From Candidatus Thorarchaeota archaeon (GTDB lineage Archaea > Asgardarchaeota > Thorarchaeia > Thorarchaeales > Thorarchaeaceae): DNA of 24,890 bases. Below are positions 17,380-24,890 of the stretch, in pieces. The position numbers and the translations under genes were made by a program. Under the pieces are notes generated by a model. It made no database searches. It was given only the letters and a program-made list of their open reading frames with translations, and had not been told where the DNA came from. Numbering within the stretch: position 1 is the first letter of the stretch; every line of letters starts with the position of its first letter. Where the stretch lies: the NCBI GenBank assembly GCA_048882385.1, contig JBHLRQ010000037.1, positions 1-24,890 of the forward strand, read 5' to 3'.

Positions 17380-17952
17380 CTACGTGCGTTGCCTTGAGAA
17401 GGTTGTAGTATTTGCCATAGCAGAACGCCAGCGAACAATTGCATCACATTCTGATCCCCTTGAACAACCATAGTAAGTGTACTCCGGACAAGCGATGCAC
17501 GGTGAGGTTTCCTCGGGATATTGTGTATCTACGGACCTCTCTATCTTCTTCAACTCATCAAGACGTTTTTGAATAGAATCATCATTCTTTCGCATTCTCT
17601 CATCGCATATTCTGTAAGCTTCTTCTAGTTGTCCTAGATCAACAAGTGTTAGAGCGAGTTCTTCCCAAAATGGAATAGGCCCAGGGTTGAGAGAAACAGC
17701 TTTTCGAAGTGCCTCCTCAGCTTCCCTGAGCCTACCCAAAGATCGCAAGTATTTCCCCAGAGCAAACCATGCAAGTACATCCCGTGGAAAAGTAGCCAGG
17801 CGTGTTCTGAGGTCCGATTCATACATCGCACTAGAAATCTTTGTAGTCTTTGCCAATGCAGGCCCTGAGTCAGACGACTCGTCTCTTCGTATCATATGTG
17901 TGCGTGTCCTCCCGGCGGACATTGCGAACAGTTGTCCAAGCTGGACAACCAT
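17380..17952 (-). CDS. TPR protein with C-terminal four-cysteine motif (putative Fe-S/Zn)
   Basis: Two TPRs (AWFALGKYLRSLGRLREAEEALRKAVSLNP), then PCIACPEYTYYGCSRGSECDAIVRW. Start uncertain (17952, 17922 or 17895). Confidence 0.75.
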   Translation of the reverse strand: MVVQLGQLFAMSAGRTRTHMIRRDESSDSGPALAKTTKISSAMYESDLRTRLATFPRDVLAWFALGKYLRSLGRLREAEEALRKAVSLNPGPIPFWEELALTLVDLGQLEEAYRICDERMRKNDDSIQKRLDELKKIERSVDTQYPEETSPCIACPEYTYYGCSRGSECDAIVRWRSAMANTTTFSRQRT

Positions 17953-18152
17953 TAGGAAATTCGCGCGACGGCTTAATATACCATATGCGTATGATATTCT
18001 CCCCGTTTAGATGCTTTTAGAGTCCATTTCTGGAGGCCCTCCGGCGATTTCAGGGAGGAGTGAATTTAGACTGTGTTCAATATTGTGAAAAGGAGTGCGA
18101 TAAATCGAAACTAGAAGGCGCGGATTTTGTAGATTGAAAATTTTCAGAAATC

Positions 18153-21011
18153 TCAGTTCAATGGACCATTTCGTACATTCGGTCCATACAATGCATCTCT
18201 AAGATGGTTGCCTGTGTAAGACTGCCAGACTTCACAAATCTCCTCAGGAGTTCCTGTCGCTACAACCTCGCCACCAGCATCACCACCCTCAGGACCCAAG
18301 TCAATTACCCAGTCCGCAGTTTTGATCACCTCAAGGTTGTGCTCCACAATGATCGCGGTGTTACCTGCATCTACAAGTCGATTGATGACTCTGAGAAGAA
18401 CATGAACATCAGAAGCTGAAAGACCGGTAGTCGGTTCATCGAGAAGATATAGAGTCCTGCCAGTTGCTTTCCTTGAGAGCTCTGAGGCAAGTTTCATACG
18501 CTGAGCTTCTCCGCCACTCAATTGAGTTGCGGGCTGGCCTAACTGAAGGTATCCCAATCCGACATCGACTAAAGTTCTGAGTTTGTCTGCAATCTTTGGA
18601 ATATCAGCAAAGAACTCGAGAGCCTCTTCAATCGTGAGTGACAAGATCTCTGTAATGTTCTTGCCCTTGTACGTGACTTCAAGGGTTTCTCGATCGAATC
18701 GTTTTCCCTTGCACACATCACAGGTCATGAAGACATCACTCATGAAGTGCATTTCAACCTGCAAAAGACCACTACCCTTGCACTTCTCACAGCGTCCAGC
18801 TCGAGTGTTGAAACTGAATCTTCCAGCATTGAAGCCACGAGCTTTTGACTCAGGCATCATGGCAAACAAATCACGGATTTCACCAAATGTCTTTGTGTAG
18901 GTCGCAGGATTACTACGGGGTGTCCTTCCAATAGGTGACTGATCAACCAAAACCAGTCTATCGATGTTCTCAATTCCCTCAATGGAGTCATAGGGTCCTG
19001 GACGAACACTGGATTTGTTCATCTGTCGGGCGAGTGCTTTGTAGAGTGTGTCGTAAGTAAGACTACTTTTTCCAGCACCCGATACACCAGATACACAGAT
19101 CATCTTACCTAGTGGGAACTCCACGTCGATTCCTTTCAGATTATTTGTCCGTGCATTTTTGACTACAATCCCATCTCCATTTCCGTTTCGCCTCTCATTT
19201 GGCACCGGAATCTGTTTCGCACCAGCTAGATACTGAGCGGTCAAGGACTTCGGATCAGCTAAAACTTCTGATGGTGGACCATCAGCAACAACCTGACCTC
19301 CATGAGTACCTGCGAGAGGGCCAAGATCGATGATGTGGTCAGCTGCAGTTATCGTGTCTCTATCATGCTCAATTACAACCACAGTGTTTCCAAGAGATCT
19401 CAGATGGTAGAATGTTTCTATCAGTCGGTTGATATCTCGAGGATGGAGACCTATAGAAGGTTCGTCAAGACAATAGAGGACTCCAGTAAGAGCTGAACCG
19501 ATCTGCGTAGCCAATCGGATTCTCTGACTTTCGCCGCCTGACAAAGTCATTGAGGCTCTGTCAAGGTTGAGGTATTCCAAACCCACGGATTCGAGGAACT
19601 TGAGTCGTGCTCGTATTTCTTTCAAAACTAACTCTGCTATCTTCTGTTCACGTTCTGTAAGTTCGATATTCTCAAAGAACTTAGAAGCCTCTTCAATGGT
19701 CATTGATGTCAGCTCATCGATAGGCTTTCCACTTACTGTAACTGCAAGGCTCTCAGGTTTGAGTTTCCGACCGCCGCATGACTCGCAGGTAAGCTTCCTG
19801 GAGAACTCGTTGGCTATCCTTCGTGCCCACCACTGATAATACTGCTTGTCACTGCTCTTGCTGGTTTCAAAGAGCCTTTCCATCCAAGGAACAAGACCGA
19901 TCCAGTTTCTTTCGATCTCCCAGTATGACTCTTCACCCTCCATTATATAGGAGAGCATGACATTCGGTTTCCCCCACATGAAGACATCAATCTGAGACTT
20001 TGTGAGGTCCTTGTACATTGTATCCAGAGTGAAGTTCTTCACCTCACCCAACGTCTGAAGCCGCTTCAAGAACCAAGCACGTTCTCGACCGTTCACTCTT
20101 CGACTGATGTCTCGAATGTCCATGTTCTTGTCCGGTACTATCAAATCAGGGTCAATTGACATTGTAACTCCGAGACCGTTGCAGGTTGGACAAGCTCCGT
20201 CAGGTCGATTATACGAGAACGCCTTTGGTCCAAGTTTGTCATATTGAATTCCGCATTTTGGACACATGAGTTGTTCTGCGAAGACAAGGTCATTCATACC
20301 CTCTCTCGCAACGATGGCTGCACCTTCTCCTGTTTCGAGTGCAGTTTCTAGAGATCCTATCAGTCGTTCTCGGTTCTTCTGACTCAATTCTAAGCGATCC
20401 ACTACAACCTCAATGTCATGTTTCTTCCGAGCATCCAGCTGGACATCTTCGATGTCTAGAATATCTCCATCTGCACGAACTCTAGCAAAACCGTTCTTGA
20501 ACAGACCATCCAACTCTTCCTGATGATTGCCGGTTTCACTCCTTACAACTGGAGCCAGTATGTGAATCCTCTGACCACCATTCTCATCAAGAAGGAGACG
20601 TGCGGCAGACTCTGCTGTGAGCTGCTCCATAGGTCTACTGCACTCCACACAGTGAGGTACTCCAATGTTCGCGTAGAGCAATCGTAGGTAATCATGAATT
20701 TCTGTACTTGTCCCAACTGTACTTCTCGGATTCTTCGTTCTGCCCTTCTGCTCGATTGAAATCGCAGGAGGTAGTCCAGTGATCTTGTCCACCTTAGGTT
20801 TATCGAGACGTCCAAGGAATCGTCGAGCATAGGATGATAGTGACTCAACATATCGGCGTTGACCTTCTGCGAAGATTGTATCGAATACAAGTGTGCTCTT
20901 TCCTGAACCACTCGGACCTGTCACAACAACAAGACGGTCTCTGGGAATGTCGACATCTATCTTCTTGAGGTTGTGTTCCTCAGCCTTGCGCACCTGGATA
21001 AAGCCAGTTAT
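18153..21011 (-). CDS. uvrA: Excinuclease ABC subunit A, second (diverged) paralogue
   Basis: Two ABC ATPase modules (GPSGSGKST, LSGGE, LDEPSIGLH; GVSGAGKSS, LSGGE, LDEPTTGL), zinc fingers, UvrB-binding and insertion domains. Homology extends 6 codons upstream of track start GTG 20993 to an ATA at 21011. Confidence 0.93.
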   Translation of the reverse strand: MTGFIQVRKAEEHNLKKIDVDIPRDRLVVVTGPSGSGKSTLVFDTIFAEGQRRYVESLSSYARRFLGRLDKPKVDKITGLPPAISIEQKGRTKNPRSTVGTSTEIHDYLRLLYANIGVPHCVECSRPMEQLTAESAARLLLDENGGQRIHILAPVVRSETGNHQEELDGLFKNGFARVRADGDILDIEDVQLDARKKHDIEVVVDRLELSQKNRERLIGSLETALETGEGAAIVAREGMNDLVFAEQLMCPKCGIQYDKLGPKAFSYNRPDGACPTCNGLGVTMSIDPDLIVPDKNMDIRDISRRVNGRERAWFLKRLQTLGEVKNFTLDTMYKDLTKSQIDVFMWGKPNVMLSYIMEGEESYWEIERNWIGLVPWMERLFETSKSSDKQYYQWWARRIANEFSRKLTCESCGGRKLKPESLAVTVSGKPIDELTSMTIEEASKFFENIELTEREQKIAELVLKEIRARLKFLESVGLEYLNLDRASMTLSGGESQRIRLATQIGSALTGVLYCLDEPSIGLHPRDINRLIETFYHLRSLGNTVVVIEHDRDTITAADHIIDLGPLAGTHGGQVVADGPPSEVLADPKSLTAQYLAGAKQIPVPNERRNGNGDGIVVKNARTNNLKGIDVEFPLGKMICVSGVSGAGKSSLTYDTLYKALARQMNKSSVRPGPYDSIEGIENIDRLVLVDQSPIGRTPRSNPATYTKTFGEIRDLFAMMPESKARGFNAGRFSFNTRAGRCEKCKGSGLLQVEMHFMSDVFMTCDVCKGKRFDRETLEVTYKGKNITEILSLTIEEALEFFADIPKIADKLRTLVDVGLGYLQLGQPATQLSGGEAQRMKLASELSRKATGRTLYLLDEPTTGLSASDVHVLLRVINRLVDAGNTAIIVEHNLEVIKTADWVIDLGPEGGDAGGEVVATGTPEEICEVWQSYTGNHLRDALYGPNVRNGPLN

Positions 21012-23869
21012 TTTGTCTTCCCTCCTGATGCGCTCTTTGAAAGCTTAAGGAGCTCCTTCATGTACTGACCTGTGTAGGATGATTCACAAGCAACGATTTC
21101 CTCAGGTGTACCTTCAGCAACGATATAGCCACCTTCATCGCCGCCCTCAGGACCTAAGTCAATCACATGATCTGCTGTCTTGACGACATCCAGTTGATGC
21201 TCGATGACGAGGACAGTGTTTCCAAGGTCGACCAGCTGATGTAGGACTTCAAGCAGTTTCTTTATGTCAGCGAAATGAAGTCCAGTTGTGGGCTCATCAA
21301 GCAAGATCAGTGTCTGTCCAGTGGCAGGTCTTGAGAGGAACTTACTCAGCTTGATTCTCTGTCCTTCTCCACCACTCAAAGTCGTTGCAGGCTGACCTAG
21401 TTTCACATATCCCATGCCAACCGCAGTGAGAGTCTCAAGCCGACGATGTATTGATGGTATTCCCTCAAAGAACTCGTATGCTTCATCAATCCGCATGTCC
21501 AAGATATCAGCAATGTTCTTCCCCTTGAATCGTACCTGAAGGGTCTCTCTGTTGTATCTCCGACCCTTGCATTCACTGCAAGTGACCTGAACTGGCGGGA
21601 GAAACTGCATCTCGATGACCTCGACCCCAGCACCCTTACAGGTTTCACACCGTCCACCCTTCACATTGAAACTGAACCTACCAGGTTTGTATCCTCGAAT
21701 CTTCGACTCAGGTAAGTTTGCAAACATATCTCTCAGTGGACTCCAGAGACCGACATATGTGGCAGGATTCGAACGAGGTGTTCTACCGATGGGGCTCTGG
21801 TCAATAACTATCACTTTGTCTAGCTGGTCAATTCCGACTATCTCATCATGGTCACCGGGCTTTGCATCAGCGCGGTGAAACTTGCGCGCAAGCTCTCTCT
21901 GAAGGGTTTCTACAACAAAGGATGATTTTCCGGATCCACTGACTCCAGTAACACAAATGAACAATCCAAGTGGGATTCGTACGTTTAGATTCTTGAGATT
22001 GTTATGTCTACAACCACGGACCTCTATGAAGCGACCATTTGACTTTCTCCGTTCTTCTGGGACTGGAATCTCATCTTCACCACGAAGGAATTTCGCAGTA
22101 AGTGAATTCTTTGACTTGAGAATCTTGTCTAAAATCCCAGCGACGACAACCTCTCCACCTTCTGCACCAGCACCAGGTCCGAGGTCTATAACATAATCTG
22201 CATTCCTTATGGTCTCTTCATCATGCTCGACAACAAGAACTGTGTTCCCGAGGTCTCTGAGGTTCATGAGGGACTTCAGTAAACGCAGGTTGTCCCGTGC
22301 ATGTAATCCTATACTAGGCTCATCACAGACATAAGTGACTCCGACAAGGTTTGAACCGATCTGGCTCGCGAGACGTATCCTCTGACTTTCACCACCAGCT
22401 AGAGATGGAGCGGGTCGTTCCAGTGTCAGGTATTCAAGCCCCACATCCTGCAGGAAACCGATTCTTCCAAGAATCTCTTTCTTGATGGGGTCAGCGACCG
22501 GTCTGAGCTCCTTCTTGACCTTTACATTCTCGATGAAGTCCCGCAGGTCCTTGATTGAAAGACTTCCTAGACTTGAGATGGACCGGTCTCCAAAAGTGAT
22601 AGCCTGTGATTCGGGTTTGAGACGATTCCCCTTGCAGATAGGACAGGGTTGTGCAGACATCAGACGCTCGATCTCTCTCCGTCGCCATTCCGACTTTGTC
22701 TTCTTGTATGTTCGCTGTGCGCGTGGAATGAATCCCTCGAAGCTCCTCTTGTAGTGACCTGAATATTTCACTTCATAGTCTTCATTCTCGCCTTCCCAAG
22801 TCACATCATACTTCTCAGTGGTGCCATATAGGACAATCTCCTTCTGTTTCTCAGTGAAGTCTTTCCATGGCATGTCAAGTGTGAATCCGTATGTGTCCGC
22901 TACTTTCTTGAAAAGATTCCTTCTCAGCACCCAGTTGTCTGGAATCATGGCACCCTCATTCAGTGACAGATTAGGATCCTTGATGAACAGGTCAGGGTCG
23001 AACTCACGAACGACACCGAGTCCAGTACAATTCGTGCAAGCTCCCTGAGGTGTATTCCAAGAAAATATTCTTGGCTCCATCTCTGGAAGACTGATGCCAC
23101 AGTCTGCACAAGCGAACTGCTCAGAGAGTGTGAGAGGTCCATCACTCTTCTCAATCGTGACGACACCATCCGCCATATTGAGTGAAGTCTCTATGGCCTC
23201 AGCTATTCTACTACGTTCTGACTCCTTCACACGAATTCTGTCAACAACTACTTCTATAGTATGCTCAAAGTAACGGTCGAGGGACAATCCATCTTTAAGT
23301 TCCATCAACTCGCCATCTACATGAGCACGGATGAAACCCTTCTTGATTAGGTCCCGGAACTCCTTCCGGTATTCTCCCTTCCGCCCGCGTACTATGGGAG
23401 CTAGAACCATGATTTGAGTTCCTTCTTCCATCTGCAGGACTCGGTCAACCATCTGCTGAGAAGTCTGAGGTTCAATCACCTTTCCGCACTTTGGACAATG
23501 CGGAACACCCACTCTCGCATACAGTAGTCTCAAGTAATCGTAAATTTCTGTAATGGTCCCAACTGTACTTCGTGGGTTGCGGCTTACACTCTTCTGGTCA
23601 ATGGAGATTGATGGTGAAAGACCTGACATGAAGTCGACCTTTGGTTTCTCTAACATCCCAAGAAACTGTCGGGCGTATGCTGACAGCGATTCGATAAATC
23701 GCCTCTGACCTTCAGCGAATATTGTGTCGAATACCAGAGAGCTCTTTCCTGAGCCACTCACACCTGTGACAACTGTAAACTTGTTCTTCGGAATCTCGCA
23801 GTCGATATGACGGAGGTTGTGTTCAGCGGCACCAACGACTACTATCGACTGAGGACCATCTAGTGGCAT
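21008..23869 (-). CDS. uvrA: Excinuclease ABC subunit A, first paralogue
   Basis: GVSGSGKSS, AEGQRRFIESLS, NPRSTVGT, APIVRGRKGE, second GVSGSGKSS, GRTPRSNPATY, CxxC fingers; ATG 23869 after AAGGTG (track start is GTG 23911). Confidence 0.96.
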   Translation of the reverse strand: MPLDGPQSIVVVGAAEHNLRHIDCEIPKNKFTVVTGVSGSGKSSLVFDTIFAEGQRRFIESLSAYARQFLGMLEKPKVDFMSGLSPSISIDQKSVSRNPRSTVGTITEIYDYLRLLYARVGVPHCPKCGKVIEPQTSQQMVDRVLQMEEGTQIMVLAPIVRGRKGEYRKEFRDLIKKGFIRAHVDGELMELKDGLSLDRYFEHTIEVVVDRIRVKESERSRIAEAIETSLNMADGVVTIEKSDGPLTLSEQFACADCGISLPEMEPRIFSWNTPQGACTNCTGLGVVREFDPDLFIKDPNLSLNEGAMIPDNWVLRRNLFKKVADTYGFTLDMPWKDFTEKQKEIVLYGTTEKYDVTWEGENEDYEVKYSGHYKRSFEGFIPRAQRTYKKTKSEWRRREIERLMSAQPCPICKGNRLKPESQAITFGDRSISSLGSLSIKDLRDFIENVKVKKELRPVADPIKKEILGRIGFLQDVGLEYLTLERPAPSLAGGESQRIRLASQIGSNLVGVTYVCDEPSIGLHARDNLRLLKSLMNLRDLGNTVLVVEHDEETIRNADYVIDLGPGAGAEGGEVVVAGILDKILKSKNSLTAKFLRGEDEIPVPEERRKSNGRFIEVRGCRHNNLKNLNVRIPLGLFICVTGVSGSGKSSFVVETLQRELARKFHRADAKPGDHDEIVGIDQLDKVIVIDQSPIGRTPRSNPATYVGLWSPLRDMFANLPESKIRGYKPGRFSFNVKGGRCETCKGAGVEVIEMQFLPPVQVTCSECKGRRYNRETLQVRFKGKNIADILDMRIDEAYEFFEGIPSIHRRLETLTAVGMGYVKLGQPATTLSGGEGQRIKLSKFLSRPATGQTLILLDEPTTGLHFADIKKLLEVLHQLVDLGNTVLVIEHQLDVVKTADHVIDLGPEGGDEGGYIVAEGTPEEIVACESSYTGQYMKELLKLSKSASGGKTK

Positions 23870-23910
23870 CTCTGATGCACCTTTACCCTTATCGTTGGTC
23901 ACACTCTTCA

Positions 23911-24890
23911 CTATTGTATTCCCTCTATCCTCTTCCTAAGTGCTGCAATCTGATCCCGCAACCGTGCAGCCCTCTCAAACTCTAGATTCCTTGCTGCCTC
24001 TTTCATCTGCTCTTCCATATCTATGATGTAATCTGTAAGCTCATCGACCTCGAATGGGTCAAAGTCCTCAAGCTTCGTCTGACTAGTCTTCTCAGGTGTC
24101 TTTATGCCCTCCGCGATGTCTCTGATACCTTTTGTAATCGATTCGGGTTTGATACCATGCTCCTCATTGTACTTCAATTGATACTCACGTCTACGATTAG
24201 TCTCATCAATGGCTGTCTGCATTGCATTCGAAACATGGTCACCATAGAGGATGACTCGTCCGTTCGCGTTCCGAGCTGCACGGCCCATTGTCTGTATGAG
24301 AGCCCAACCTGTTCGGAGGAATCCTTCCTTGTCTGCGTCAAGGATTGCAACCAGACCTACTTCAGGTATATCGAGACCTTCTCTTAGAAGATTGATTCCC
24401 ACTAACACATCGAACTTACCTTGACGGAGCTGCCGAACAATCTCAATCCGCTCCACAGTTCCTATATCAGAGTGGAGGTAACGTGCCTTTACTCCTGCTT
24501 CCACAAGATACTCACTCAACATCTCAGATGTCTTTTTAGTGAGAGTTGTTACAAGGACCCTGTCACCCATTTTAACCGTGGTTTGAATCTCTCCTAGTAG
24601 ATGGTCAACCTGTCCAACCACAGGTTTTACGGTGATTGCAGGGTCAAGAAGACCAGTCGGTCTCAACAGTTGTTCCACGACCTGCTGACTTACTTTCATC
24701 TCATAAGGTCCGGGTGTTGCGCTCGTATAGATGACATGTCTCATATATTTCTCAAACTCTGGGAACTTGAGTGGTCTGTTATCAATGGCTGATGGTAGTC
24801 TAAATCCATAATCAACAAGGTTGTTCTTTCGTGCAAGATCACCATTATACATACCACGAATCTGAGGAATGGTCATGTGGCTCTCATCAA
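23911..24890 (-). CDS. uvrB: Excinuclease ABC subunit B, 5' part outside the window
   Basis: DESHMTIPQ (motif II at the window edge), [38 protein letters not shown]-terminal UVR domain. Confidence 0.97.
   Translation of the reverse strand, partial: DESHMTIPQIRGMYNGDLARKNNLVDYGFRLPSAIDNRPLKFPEFEKYMRHVIYTSATPGPYEMKVSQQVVEQLLRPTGLLDPAITVKPVVGQVDHLLGEIQTTVKMGDRVLVTTLTKKTSEMLSEYLVEAGVKARYLHSDIGTVERIEIVRQLRQGKFDVLVGINLLREGLDIPEVGLVAILDADKEGFLRTGWALIQTMGRAARNANGRVILYGDHVSNAMQTAIDETNRRREYQLKYNEEHGIKPESITKGIRDIAEGIKTPEKTSQTKLEDFDPFEVDELTDYIIDMEEQMKEAARNLEFERAARLRDQIAALRKRIEGIQ

Noticed and set aside
18153-21011. uvrA2 as a pseudogene, assembly duplication or class II UvrA/DrrC drug-resistance protein
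   Set aside because: The frame is intact, the sequence is clearly diverged from uvrA1, and the UvrB-binding domain that class II proteins lack is present.
634-24792. Numerous short antisense or alternative-frame ORFs in the track (e.g. 1069..1437, 8766..9137, 10813..11136, 18583..18900, 20543..20911)
   Set aside because: All are shadows of well-supported genes and have no motifs of their own.
1-24890. CRISPR array, tRNA/rRNA, IS elements or anti-phage defence island
   Set aside because: No spaced repeats, cloverleafs, transposase or integrase motifs were seen; intergenic gaps are at most about 200 bp. PLD, MazG and Nudix occur in housekeeping-type forms (the PLD is secreted).

Overview
Gene-dense archaeal chromosomal segment with no tRNA, rRNA, CRISPR array or mobile element visible. 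An Asgard (Thorarchaeia-like) origin is an inference from the archaeal RecJ/GAN-type DHH protein, TATA-type promoters, the T/P-linker+TM+KKRR surface anchor and several eukaryote-like folds. The left two-thirds holds housekeeping and nucleotide-salvage genes (HAD-IIA, cupin, RecJ-like, Nudix, PRTase-MTAP-nitrilase, MazG-like, secreted PLD, ferredoxin, APC permease, stand-alone Lrp RAM domain) plus several uncharacterised proteins. The right third is a minus-strand excision-repair cluster with unusual architecture: uvrB - uvrA(1) - uvrA(2) - TPR/Cys4 protein - uvrC. Top leads: (i) two full-length, diverged UvrA paralogues joined at an ATAA stop/start overlap lacking a canonical start codon (ATA initiation, or a -1 frameshift giving a double-length UvrA); (ii) a TPR protein with a TFE-beta/RPC34-like Cys4 motif inside the uvr cluster; (iii) a PRMT-fold methyltransferase with an intact double-E loop and a DGW variant of the THW loop; (iv) a coiled-coil protein whose C-terminus resembles the ESCRT-I Vps28 C-terminal helical bundle. 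All family assignments are by eye from motifs; no searches were run.
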